DNA from: an uncultured Nitrososphaerota archaeon
GTDB lineage: Archaea > Korarchaeota > Korarchaeia > Korarchaeales > Korarchaeaceae
DNA: 16,895 nt
Direction: 5' to 3'
NCBI GenBank assembly: GCA_964480775.1
Contig: CAYZRF010000031.1
Span: forward strand, 1-16,895
Under the pieces are notes generated by a model. The model saw only the letters and a program-made list of their open reading frames with translations, did no database searches and was not told the origin of the DNA. Shown piece after piece: positions 7,131 to 15,916 of this stretch (positions within the stretch are counted from its first letter, which is position 1; the number at the start of each line of letters is the position of its first letter). The position numbers were made by a program, and so were the translations under genes.

Positions 7131-8090
7131 ATGGATAAGTATAAAGAAATTCTAAGAAGATGTAATGCAGCGCTTTATGGCATAGCTGTCGGCGATGCTA
7201 TGGGAAAGATGACCGAAGGGTACTGGCCTTCAGAGATCAGGCAACGCTATGGTAAGTTCATTGACGGTTTCATGAAGCCAATTCAACCTCATAGCCGCCT
7301 ATCGTGGAGCATTGCGGAGATTACTGACGATACAAGGCTTACTATTCTGTTGGCCGAGTCTATTTTATCCTGCAATGGCGTAGATGAAATTGATCTCACA
7401 CGTAGAATCTTAGAAAAACCCGTAAAAGGGTGGCCTGGGTGGAGCGAGTTTAAAGAAGCAGTTCTTAAAGGAAAGCGTGCAAAAAGAACTGGAAATGGAG
7501 GTCCTACCCGCGTTGCCCCTCTAGGAATAATTTATCCTCCCAACAGGTTAGAGGTCCTAGTTAAGGATGTCGATAGAGCTTGCGGTATTACCCATAATAC
7601 TAGATCCGCTTTATCTGCTGGTTGTGCAATTGCGGCTGCTTTTTCAGCAGCTATAGAGGGTTGGTCCGTTGAGAAAATAATTGATCTTGCCATAAAGGGA
7701 GCAGAACTAGGCAGAAAGTTAGGTGAGGATGATCTTGCTCCAGATGTAGCTCGTAGATTGCGATGGTTAAAGAGAATGGTTTCGAATTCTGGAATTACAA
7801 TCCTAGATCTTCGAATAAAGGGGTTAAACCCAGGATTTCAAGCTTGGGAAGGTGCTACTTTTGCCCTGGCCTTGGTTATGCTATATGAAAATGCAAAGGA
7901 TGCCATATTATGTGCAGTAAACATGGGTGGTGATGCAGATTCCATCGCTGCTATGGCTGGAGGCATATTGGCAGCTAGATACCCCACAACATTGCCAAAA
8001 AAATGGATAGAGGCCGTAAGACATACAAATAATTTGAAAATAGAAGAGCTGGCTGAAGGACTGGCTGCCATAAGATTGTCTAAAATTTGA
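7131..8090 (+). CDS. ADP-ribosylglycohydrolase family protein (DraG/ARH-like)
   Basis: 319 aa. The family metal-binding motifs are all present: GIAVGDAMG near the N-terminus, EITDDT, and GGDADSIAAMAGGI near the C-terminus. Confidence 0.9.
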   Translation: MDKYKEILRRCNAALYGIAVGDAMGKMTEGYWPSEIRQRYGKFIDGFMKPIQPHSRLSWSIAEITDDTRLTILLAESILSCNGVDEIDLTRRILEKPVKGWPGWSEFKEAVLKGKRAKRTGNGGPTRVAPLGIIYPPNRLEVLVKDVDRACGITHNTRSALSAGCAIAAAFSAAIEGWSVEKIIDLAIKGAELGRKLGEDDLAPDVARRLRWLKRMVSNSGITILDLRIKGLNPGFQAWEGATFALALVMLYENAKDAILCAVNMGGDADSIAAMAGGILAARYPTTLPKKWIEAVRHTNNLKIEELAEGLAAIRLSKI

Positions 8091-8151
8091 TTTGGCAAAT
8101 CAATTTTCACAGATATTATATCCGAGTCGTAAGCACTTTGCTCTGTAGCGA

Positions 8152-8661
8152 TTACTTCTTTCCCAACTCTTTTATGGGAATGGGTAATTTTATGTCCTCT
8201 GGAACAACAGAGGCTCTTTCTTCAATGGTTTCTAAGATTAATGAAGTGTTTGTCTCTTTAACACCAGGTACTGATTGTATTTTGGCAAGTAAATCCGTCA
8301 ATTCGTCGCCCTCGCTAGCTATAAGCTTGATAATGATATCATACACCCCTGTAATCCTATGAATCTCAAGTATGCTGCTCCCAAGTACTTCTTTTAGCTT
8401 TCTAGCGACTGAAGCTGTTTTTCCTGCCTCTCCTTTTAAGAAAATCATATATTTGTATGGTTTTCCAAGTTTTGAGTGGTCTACAAGCGCTGTATATCCA
8501 GTTACTATTCCTGCTTCCTCTAGCTTCTTGACCTTCTTCATGACGCCTGCGGGGCTCATATCAAGTCTCTTTGCTATTTCTGTGTAGGTAACCCTTCCGT
8601 TTTCGACCAACATTTTCAAGACATTTATCTCCTTCTCGCCTATTCCTCTCCTCCTCTGCAT
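8152..8661 (-). CDS. Lrp/AsnC-family transcriptional regulator
   Basis: 169 aa. The HTH is INVLKMLVENGRVTYTEIAKRLDMSPAGVMKKVKKLEEAGIV. It is followed by an RAM/ACT-like ligand domain (YMIFLKGE...ILEIHRITGVYDIIIKL...VPGVKETNTSLIL). Confidence 0.9.
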   Translation of the reverse strand: MQRRRGIGEKEINVLKMLVENGRVTYTEIAKRLDMSPAGVMKKVKKLEEAGIVTGYTALVDHSKLGKPYKYMIFLKGEAGKTASVARKLKEVLGSSILEIHRITGVYDIIIKLIASEGDELTDLLAKIQSVPGVKETNTSLILETIEERASVVPEDIKLPIPIKELGKK

Positions 8662-8745
8662 TTTATCACCAGACGTCCATGAGATGTGTTTTTATTTGTT
8701 AAAAAGTTTTACACTTTCAAGACATGTTGGTCGTTGTGTCTCAAG

Positions 8746-9495
8746 TTAAACGATGTAATTATTGCTGCAATCTAAGCTCAGTAACTCTTTCATTTTGAGA
8801 GCATTTCTTACGGCATAGGCATTAGGATCATTGTTGAAGTACATGAAAACATCACATCCTTCATCATGTATTTTTGAAACTATCTCTGCCCAGTTTCTCA
8901 GCTCTTCATCTAAGTAAAAATAGTCATACCACCTTTTCTTGCCGTGCATCCTTATGTAAGAAAAATTTGCAGTCACTTTAACAATATTGGGGAGTTTTGG
9001 AGAGCTAACAATGCAAAAGGCAAGTTTGTATCTTTCCAAGACAGTAAATACCTCTTCCCTTAGCCATGATTTGTGTCTGAATTCTATAGCAAATCTGTAG
9101 CCGTCAGGAAGTGAAGAAAGGAAGCTCTCAAGGAGTTCTAAGTCGAAGTGTAAGCCTGGAGGAAGTTGAAATAACAGAGGCCCTAGTAATTCCTCTTTTT
9201 TAAGAGGATCCAATCTTTCTAAGAAGTTTTCTAAGTCTTCTTCAACATTCCTTAGCCTCTTGAGGTGAGTAATCCTCCTGTTAACCTTTATAGCATAAAG
9301 AAACCCTTTAGGGGCTTTCTTAGCCCAGCCCAGGACGAAATTCCTAAAAGGTAGTCTGTAAAATGTAGAATTTATCTCCACAGTATCAAAGTACTTGCTG
9401 TAATAGGAGAAGTAGTCCTTCTTTTTCGTCTCTTCTGGGTAGAATATTCCAACCCAGTGGTTGTAGCTCCATCCACTGCAACCTATCTTTATCAA
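8746..9495 (-). CDS. DUF72 family protein
   Basis: 249 aa. IKIGCSGWSYNHWVGIFYPE...YFSYYSKYFDTVEINSTFYRLP...FAIEFRHKSW...FSYIRMHG is the characteristic DUF72 signature. Confidence 0.85.
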   Translation of the reverse strand: MIKIGCSGWSYNHWVGIFYPEETKKKDYFSYYSKYFDTVEINSTFYRLPFRNFVLGWAKKAPKGFLYAIKVNRRITHLKRLRNVEEDLENFLERLDPLKKEELLGPLLFQLPPGLHFDLELLESFLSSLPDGYRFAIEFRHKSWLREEVFTVLERYKLAFCIVSSPKLPNIVKVTANFSYIRMHGKKRWYDYFYLDEELRNWAEIVSKIHDEGCDVFMYFNNDPNAYAVRNALKMKELLSLDCSNNYIV

Positions 9496-9596
9496 GGAGA
9501 TCCCTTTGTAAATAATGATCTCTTACATAGAAGCACACATGGTTGAAAAAGATTAAGTCTGGCATAAGCGTCAAACACTGAAATCAGAGGGGAATA

Positions 9597-10514
9597 ATGA
9601 TGCGAACCGCGATAATATTGGCTGGCGGCAAGGGAAACAGATTCCAAAAAACTCTTCAAAAGGACAAACTCCTCGTCGAGGTCGAAGGAGAGGCTGTCTT
9701 AAGAAAAATAGCAAAAGTGGTTTCGAATATAGCTGATGAGCTTATTTTAGCTGTTGATAAAGAAAACAGGGGGAAGAAGTACGCAAAACTGCTTGAGGAC
9801 ATTGCAGAATTCAGAATCGTTGCTGATATGGTACCAGAACTGAATACTCCTTTGAACGGTTTTATTTCAGGGATTTTAGCCTCTAAAGGGAGCTATTTGC
9901 TTGTAGTTCCAGGAGATGCTGCATACATCGGACAAGATGAGCTGAAACTATTGTTACAAAAAGTTGAAGCTGAGGGTTTCGAGTGCTGTGTTCCTTTTTA
10001 TGAAAGATACGTTCAAACTCTTTTTCAAGCTCTTCTTGCAGAGAAAGCAAAAAGAATTGCGAGACTTTTATTTAGATACAATTGGAGGAAGCCCGATGGA
10101 TTCATAAGAGGATCTTCCAAAACAGCCTATCTCAGCTTTTATCCTTCTTCTAATGGGCTTTCTCCCTTCAAGACAATTAATGCTCCGGATGATATCCTTA
10201 GTTCGAAGAAAGCTAGTCTTCTGTTGAGAGAAGAAGTGCACATGCAGTTAACCGACTGTATAAATCTTGTTGAAACTTCTATTAAATCTGAAAAAGAAAG
10301 TTTGTGGGTTTATAAAGAGTTAATGGAGAAAAACAGCTTCTTTTGGGCGGGAATGGTCACCTCTCCTTGGGAAGGCCTCAAGAATATTTCGGCTAAAGCG
10401 TTTTTAATGGAAAGAGACTTCTTGAGGAGAAAGGGGTTGACCTCCTTAGCTATTCATGCTGAGAAAGATGCTGAGAGGGTGATGGCCAAAGGACAAGGTA
10501 GTTCTTTTTACTGA
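9597..10514 (+). CDS. MobA-like nucleotidyltransferase (candidate molybdenum/tungsten cofactor guanylyltransferase) with a ~100 aa C-terminal extension of unknown function
   Basis: 305 aa. The N-terminus AIILAGGKGNRF is the NTP-transferase glycine loop, and LLVVPGDAAYI resembles the MobA substrate motif. Residues ~200-305 (helical, KESLWVYKELMEKNSFFWAG...) match nothing I recognise. A GAGGGG Shine-Dalgarno lies upstream of the ATG. Confidence 0.55.
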   Translation: MMRTAIILAGGKGNRFQKTLQKDKLLVEVEGEAVLRKIAKVVSNIADELILAVDKENRGKKYAKLLEDIAEFRIVADMVPELNTPLNGFISGILASKGSYLLVVPGDAAYIGQDELKLLLQKVEAEGFECCVPFYERYVQTLFQALLAEKAKRIARLLFRYNWRKPDGFIRGSSKTAYLSFYPSSNGLSPFKTINAPDDILSSKKASLLLREEVHMQLTDCINLVETSIKSEKESLWVYKELMEKNSFFWAGMVTSPWEGLKNISAKAFLMERDFLRRKGLTSLAIHAEKDAERVMAKGQGSSFY

Positions 10515-10589
10515 AAGAACTCTTCTCTATGGATTTAGAGAAAGGGGAATTTCTTTTAGTTTGTAGAGTGTTCTTTTTGTTGATGTCTC

Positions 10590-11468
10590 ATGAGAATAGG
10601 CATAGTTTCTAGAAATCCAAGATCTTGGTCCGCACAACGGCTGGACAAGGCTTTTAGGGACATCGGATCAGAGCCCATATTCTTTAGGTTCAGGGACTTC
10701 GTTGCCTTGATAGGTTTTGGTTCGAAGGTGATAGCAAAGGATTATGACGTTATTGAAGATCTGAATGCCCTCCTTATCAGACCTATCGGCAAGGGATCTT
10801 TGGAAGAAATAATATTTCGAATGGATATGCTCCATAAGCTTGCTAGAGAGGGATTTCCCGTCATAAATCATCCTTCAGCCATAGAGAAATGTGTGGATAA
10901 GTACTATGCCTTGTTTCTACTTGAGGAAAGTGGTTTACCTGTACCGAAAACCGTAGTTACAGAGAATATCAACAAAGCCATGAGGTTAATGAGAGAATTG
11001 GGCTCTGAAGTGGTTCTAAAGCCTCTTTTTGGATCTAGAGGACATGGAATAACTAAGCTTATCGATGTAGATGCTTCAAGGACTATTTTCATGGGCCTTA
11101 GACTTGTCAAAAGCGTCATTTATTTGCAAGAATTCATTCCACATGGTACTAGAGACATTAGAGTGTTTATAGTAGGAGATAAGATTGTAGCAGCAATGTA
11201 CAGGGAGTCTAGCTCTTGGAAAACAAATGTTGCTCAGGGAGCAATGCCGCGACCCCTTAAACCAACTAAAGAAATCGAAGACATATCCTTAAGAGCTGTA
11301 AAAGTCTTAGGGTGTGAAATTGCTGGAATAGACATCATGGAAGGACCCCGGGGGTTTGTGATAAGCGAAGTTAATAGCCAACCAGGTTGGAAAGGGATTC
11401 AAATGGTCACTAAGGTGGACATAGCTAAGGAAATAGCCAAATACGTTGTCCAAAGGGCGAAGCGATGA
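10590..11468 (+). CDS. RimK-family ATP-grasp ligase, likely tetrahydromethanopterin:alpha-L-glutamate ligase (MptN-like) by context
   Basis: 292 aa. ATP-grasp features are KPLFGSRGHGI, YLQEFIPHGTRDIRVFIVGDKIVAAMYR, WKTNVAQGA, and GIDIME...VISEVNSQPGWKG. The family call is firm. The substrate (H4MPT versus F420 or another acceptor) is inferred only from adjacency to ftr/fwd/mch. Confidence 0.75.
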   Translation: MRIGIVSRNPRSWSAQRLDKAFRDIGSEPIFFRFRDFVALIGFGSKVIAKDYDVIEDLNALLIRPIGKGSLEEIIFRMDMLHKLAREGFPVINHPSAIEKCVDKYYALFLLEESGLPVPKTVVTENINKAMRLMRELGSEVVLKPLFGSRGHGITKLIDVDASRTIFMGLRLVKSVIYLQEFIPHGTRDIRVFIVGDKIVAAMYRESSSWKTNVAQGAMPRPLKPTKEIEDISLRAVKVLGCEIAGIDIMEGPRGFVISEVNSQPGWKGIQMVTKVDIAKEIAKYVVQRAKR

Positions 11469-11504
11469 ATACCAGGGGAAGAGAGGGCGTCTGGACCTAT
11501 GGAC

Positions 11505-11520
11505 AAATAATTTATTTTTT
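11505..11520 (+). promoter_or_regulatory. Candidate TATA box/promoter for the ftr-fwd-mch transcription unit
   Basis: The AT-rich aaataatttatttttt lies 27-42 nt upstream of the ftr ATG (11547), in the only sizeable intergenic gap of the cluster. This implies a very short leader. Confidence 0.3.
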
Positions 11521-11546
11521 GTACTTTTGCATATCGTCCGGTCAGA

Positions 11547-12470
11547 ATGAAGCTAGGTTCTGTTGAAATTGAAGATACGTTCGCAGAAGCGTTTCCTATG
11601 TACGTTTCCCGGATTTTGATAACGGCTTTGGACGAGGAATGGTGTCTAACCGCTGCTAGAACTGCCACGGGATTTGCATCCTCCATTATAATGTCCCCTG
11701 CAGAAGCTGGAATCGAAAGGCTTGTTCCAAAGGAAAAAACGCCAGACGGTCGTCCAGGAGTTCTAATACACATATACCAAAGATCTGCTCCCGAACTTAA
11801 GTTTCAAGTTATTGCAAGGATAGGACAATGTGTCTTAACATGTGCAACCACGGCTGTATTTGATGGACTTCCTAAATCTAAGAGGAAGATCAGGATAGGT
11901 TCTGCTTTAGCGAAATTTGGCGATGGCTTCGAGGTTGAGGCAGAAGTAGACGGCAGAAAGGTATGGCGCATTCCTGTAATGGAAGGCATATTCGTCCTTG
12001 AGGATACTTTAGGCTTTAAGAAAGGAGTTGCAGGAGGAAATCTGATAATACTGGCTGATAGCTTAGATTCAGGCTTGAAAGCAGCTAAAGCAGCTGTCAA
12101 CGCCATGAAAAAAGTAGAAGGGGTTGTTCTTCCATTTCCAGGAGGAATCGTCAGGTCTGGCTCTAAAGTGGGCTCTATGAAATATCCAAAACTCGGAGCT
12201 ACTACGAATCACCTCTTTTGCCCCGCAATAAGGGATAAAGTTCCAGATACGCTGGTTCCACCGGATGTAAAGTGCGTTTATGAGATAGTAATCAATGGGC
12301 TAAACGTTAAGGCGGTAGAAAAAGCCATGGGAGCTGGCATCTTGAGTGCTTCGAAGGTCGAGGGGGTAAAGAAGATAACAGCTGCAAACTACGGAGGCAA
12401 ACTCGGGCCTTACAAGATGAATCTCTTTGATGCGATAGAAAAGGCCAAGGAAATGGGTGATTTCTCTTGA
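11547..12470 (+). CDS. ftr: Formylmethanofuran--tetrahydromethanopterin N-formyltransferase
   Basis: 307 aa. The N-terminus VEIEDTFAEAFPMYVSRILITA...TAARTATGFASS is the conserved Ftr signature, and the length is typical. Confidence 0.93.
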   Translation: MKLGSVEIEDTFAEAFPMYVSRILITALDEEWCLTAARTATGFASSIIMSPAEAGIERLVPKEKTPDGRPGVLIHIYQRSAPELKFQVIARIGQCVLTCATTAVFDGLPKSKRKIRIGSALAKFGDGFEVEAEVDGRKVWRIPVMEGIFVLEDTLGFKKGVAGGNLIILADSLDSGLKAAKAAVNAMKKVEGVVLPFPGGIVRSGSKVGSMKYPKLGATTNHLFCPAIRDKVPDTLVPPDVKCVYEIVINGLNVKAVEKAMGAGILSASKVEGVKKITAANYGGKLGPYKMNLFDAIEKAKEMGDFS

Positions 12471-14212
12471 ATCCCCTCAAAGTCGTGCTGGTCACAGGGA
12501 GAACTGTGGATCAAGGGATAGAAGGTGAAGCTGGCAAGCTAAGGGAGGAGTACGCAAAAAAAGTTGCAGTAGTAGAGCTCGATTCAAACGACCTGAAATT
12601 CTTAGGAATAAAAGATGGAAATCCAGTTCTAATCAGAACATCGTACGGAGAAGTGGTGCTAAAAGCAATCACTTCAAAGGGAAAGCATCCAGGCATAGCC
12701 TTCGCCCCAATGAGTCCTTGGATAAACATCGTCATAGATACAGAAACCGATGGATCTGGCATGCCAACGTACAAAGGTATAGAAGCCGAGATATTTCCCA
12801 CAGATGGGAGGGTTTTGTCCATAAAGGAGCTACTTAAGAAATATTATGGCTACGAAATTAACTTTTCCGAACTTACTGGACGAGATATAGAGTCTAAAAA
12901 AGGAAATGGAGAGGAGCGGCTGTTTGAGGACGTAGTTTGTCCGTTTTGCGGATGCTTATGCGACGATGTTGAGATATTAGTAAGAGATGGGGCGATTGTT
13001 GAAGTAAAGAAGGCATGCGCTATTGGATCAGCAAAGTTCTTGGGGCACAGGAAAGAGAGAGCTTTACATCCAATGGTAAGAAAGAACGCAAGTTTCGTAA
13101 AAGTAGGTCTAGATGAGGCAATTGAGGAAGCCTCCAAGATCCTTGCTAACTCAAAGTATCCCTTGCTTTACGGTTGGAGTTCTACCTCTATTCAAGCTAA
13201 TGCCTTGGGTATAGAGCTTGCCGAGCTTCTTGGAGGAGTTATAGATAATACTACATCTGTTTGTCACGGTCCAACGGTCTTAGGCGTACAGGGGGTGGGA
13301 ACTGTCAGAGCAACTTTAGGACAGATAAGGAATAGAGCAGACCTCATAGTATATTGGGGGAGTAACCCCCTAAACGCCCATCTTAGACATCTAATGAGAT
13401 ACAGCGCTCTTTCCAAGGGGGTTTATATTCCGGGAAGAAAGCAAAGGAAGGTTGTGATAGTAGATGTAAGAGAGACACCAATGGCAAAGATGGCAGATCT
13501 TTTCATCAAGGTAAAGCCAGGTCATGACTACGAGCTAATCTCAGCTTTAAGGATGGTAGTAAATGAGCTAGATATCGAGGCAGATGAAGTTGCAGGTGTT
13601 CCTATAGAGAAGATCTACCAATTTGCAGAGATTATGAGAACCGCCAAGTTTGGGGCTGTCTTCTTTGGTGTTGGGGTTACCATGAGTCCAGGAAAGGATG
13701 AGACCATGGAAAACATCATAAGGCTTGTTCAAGATCTAAATGAATGGACCAAATTCGTCCTTTGCCCGATGAGGGGTCACTTCAATGTCACTGGAGCCTG
13801 TAACGTTAGTTTATGGATGACTGGATATGCTTTTGGCATTGATTACATGAGAAGGTATCCAAGGCACGATCCTGCTATTTGGACGGTAACTGAACTCTTG
13901 TCGAACGGAGATGTGGATTCAGCTCTCATTGTTGCTTCTGATCCCCTTGCACATTTGCCGAAGGAAGCCGCCAAGAAATTGACTAAAATACCTTTGATAG
14001 TGATAGATCCTAAATTTAACGTCACTGCCGCAGCAGCCCAGGTATTCATACCATCTTCCTTCGTTGGTATAGAAAAAGAGGGAACGGCTTACAGAATGGA
14101 CGGTGTCTCACTTAGGTTGAAGAAAGTAGTAGATCCTCCAGAAGGCATACTTAGCGACGAAGAAATTCTCTCTATGCTTTTAGAAAAAGTTAAGGAGCTA
14201 AGAGGTGTTTGA
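12467..14212 (+). CDS. fwdB: Formylmethanofuran dehydrogenase, fused subunit D (N-terminal) plus subunit B (catalytic, Cys-type)
   Basis: 581 aa. Residues 1-~125 (VLVTGRTVDQGIEGEAGK...VVELDSNDLKFLGIKDGNPVLIRTSYGEVVLKA) are FwdD-like, i.e. the molybdopterin-dinucleotide-binding barrel. From ~155 the protein is FwdB-like, with the [4Fe-4S] motif CPFCGCLCDD...KKAC and the active-site SVCHGPTV. That Cys266 is TGT at 13262-13264, followed by His. The track start is TTG at 12467, overlapping the ftr stop (tcTTGA), with GGTGA 6 nt upstream. GTG at 12485 is an alternative start. Mo versus W cannot be told from sequence. Confidence 0.9.
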   Translation: MNPLKVVLVTGRTVDQGIEGEAGKLREEYAKKVAVVELDSNDLKFLGIKDGNPVLIRTSYGEVVLKAITSKGKHPGIAFAPMSPWINIVIDTETDGSGMPTYKGIEAEIFPTDGRVLSIKELLKKYYGYEINFSELTGRDIESKKGNGEERLFEDVVCPFCGCLCDDVEILVRDGAIVEVKKACAIGSAKFLGHRKERALHPMVRKNASFVKVGLDEAIEEASKILANSKYPLLYGWSSTSIQANALGIELAELLGGVIDNTTSVCHGPTVLGVQGVGTVRATLGQIRNRADLIVYWGSNPLNAHLRHLMRYSALSKGVYIPGRKQRKVVIVDVRETPMAKMADLFIKVKPGHDYELISALRMVVNELDIEADEVAGVPIEKIYQFAEIMRTAKFGAVFFGVGVTMSPGKDETMENIIRLVQDLNEWTKFVLCPMRGHFNVTGACNVSLWMTGYAFGIDYMRRYPRHDPAIWTVTELLSNGDVDSALIVASDPLAHLPKEAAKKLTKIPLIVIDPKFNVTAAAAQVFIPSSFVGIEKEGTAYRMDGVSLRLKKVVDPPEGILSDEEILSMLLEKVKELRGV

Positions 14213-14213
14213 T

Positions 14214-15914
14214 ATGGAGATTATCATAAAGGGTGGTTATGTTTACGACCCACTTAATGGAGTAAATGGAGAAAAGCTTGATATCGGAGTAAAGGACGGC
14301 AAGGTGGTCGATCCAAGCAAGATAAATGAAAGAAATGCAAAGATCATAGATGCAAGCGGTAAGGTAGTGATGCCTGGAGGCGTGGATCTTCACTCTCACA
14401 TTGCTGGAGCCAAAGTTAACGTCGGTAGATTGCTAAGGCCTGAAGATCACTATGTGAGCTTCATTAAGGCAATTACTGGTTTAAAGAGGTCTGGAAGTGG
14501 AAAAACTACTCCTACCGTTGCCACAATAGGTTACAAATATGCAAGAATGGGATGGACCACAGTAATTGAGCCGGCTACACCTCCTTTAAAAACTAGACAC
14601 ACTCACGAGGAGTTGAACGACGTCCCTATTTTGGATAAAGCTTGTTTTCCACTCGTAGACTCAAACTGGTTCGTCTTAGACTATCTTAGTAAGGGCGAGG
14701 TCGAAAAATGTGCGGCCTTCATAGCATGGCTGCTGAATGCCCTTAAGGGATACGCTCTTAAGCTTGTTGATCCAGGAGTTGCAGAGTTGTGGAGCTTAGG
14801 GAAGGGATATGGCTTAGATTTTGACGATGAAATTCCAAGCTTTGGTATTACTCCAAGGGAAATAGTTACTGGACTATGCAAGGTAAACAGAATGCTGAAG
14901 CTTCCTCACTCGATTCACTTACATTGCAACAAACTTGGAATACCTGGCAACTATTCCACAACTCTGGAAACGATGAAAGCTTTGGAAGGAATGGGAGACG
15001 GAATTTCAGTTCATGTTACACATGCTCAGTTTAACTCCTATAAAGGGGACAATTGGCCTGCTTTGAGAAGTGCGGCAAGCGAGATAGCTGAATACGTGAA
15101 TGGTCATAGCCATGTTAGCATCGACATCGGGCAGATAATCTTTGGAGGGGCCACCACCATGACCGCGGATGCTCCCTTTGAGTTCGCTCTCTTCCACATG
15201 ACTCCAATAAGGAAGTGGGCTGGATCTGAGGTAGAGGTAGAATCTGCCTCTGGCATAGTTCCCTTCAAATACAAGAAGAAATCTATCGTAAATGCAGTAC
15301 AATGGTGCATAGGTTTAGAATTGGCTTTGCTGGTTAAAGATCCGTGGAGAGTTATTCCAACCACAGACCATCCCAACGGCGGGCCTTTCACAAGATATCC
15401 AAGGCTCATTTCGTGGCTTATGAGCAAGAAAGCAAGAGAAGCTGTCTTAGAAAAGATAAATAAGACTGCGCTTAGAAGATCTGTTCTTCCAGATATAGAG
15501 AGGGAATACACTTTATATGAAGTTGCAATTGCAACCAGGGCTGCGCCTGCAAAACTACTGGGTTTAGAGGATAGAAAAGGCCATCTTGGTGAGGGAGCTG
15601 ATGGTGACGTTGCCGTATATGATTTGGATCCAAGCAAGAACCTAACTGATCCCGAGAAGATAGTAAAGGCGTTCAAGCATGCTTATTGCACGATAAAAGA
15701 TGGAGAGATTGTAGTAATGAATGGGAAAATCACCAAGACTAGATATGGAAGAACATTCTACGTAAAGAGTGAGGGATTGGACAAAGAGCTAGTGGAAGAA
15801 GTAGAGAAGGAAATCAAACAGAAGTTCAAGCAGTGGTATACAATTCAATTCTCGAACTACATCATAGATGAGAGGGAGATAAGGCATCCTGAACCAATTA
15901 TTGTGGGAGGTTGA
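14214..15914 (+). CDS. fwdA: Formylmethanofuran dehydrogenase subunit A (amidohydrolase)
   Basis: MEIIIKGGYVYDPLNGVNGEKLDIGVKDGKVV and GGVDLHSHIAG (HxH), HLHC, VTHAQF and TTDHPNG are typical FwdA motifs. I place the start at ATG 14214, not the track's GTG 14205. GAGGTG (14202-14207) then sits 6 nt upstream, and the N-terminus matches known FwdA starts. The ATG lies 1 nt after the fwdDB stop. Confidence 0.92.
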   Translation: MEIIIKGGYVYDPLNGVNGEKLDIGVKDGKVVDPSKINERNAKIIDASGKVVMPGGVDLHSHIAGAKVNVGRLLRPEDHYVSFIKAITGLKRSGSGKTTPTVATIGYKYARMGWTTVIEPATPPLKTRHTHEELNDVPILDKACFPLVDSNWFVLDYLSKGEVEKCAAFIAWLLNALKGYALKLVDPGVAELWSLGKGYGLDFDDEIPSFGITPREIVTGLCKVNRMLKLPHSIHLHCNKLGIPGNYSTTLETMKALEGMGDGISVHVTHAQFNSYKGDNWPALRSAASEIAEYVNGHSHVSIDIGQIIFGGATTMTADAPFEFALFHMTPIRKWAGSEVEVESASGIVPFKYKKKSIVNAVQWCIGLELALLVKDPWRVIPTTDHPNGGPFTRYPRLISWLMSKKAREAVLEKINKTALRRSVLPDIEREYTLYEVAIATRAAPAKLLGLEDRKGHLGEGADGDVAVYDLDPSKNLTDPEKIVKAFKHAYCTIKDGEIVVMNGKITKTRYGRTFYVKSEGLDKELVEEVEKEIKQKFKQWYTIQFSNYIIDEREIRHPEPIIVGG

Positions 15915-15916
15915 TC

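Noticed and set aside
9386-9574. Track ORF 9386..9574 (-), which would extend upstream over the DUF72 start
   Set aside because: It is in a different frame from the DUF72 gene, whose own N-terminus (MIKIGCSGWSY) is the canonical family start. It has no motif support.
13262-13264. Possible selenocysteine (in-frame TGA) at the FwdB active site
   Set aside because: The codon is TGT (Cys) followed by CAC (His). The ORF has no internal TGA, so this is a Cys-type enzyme and no SECIS search is needed.
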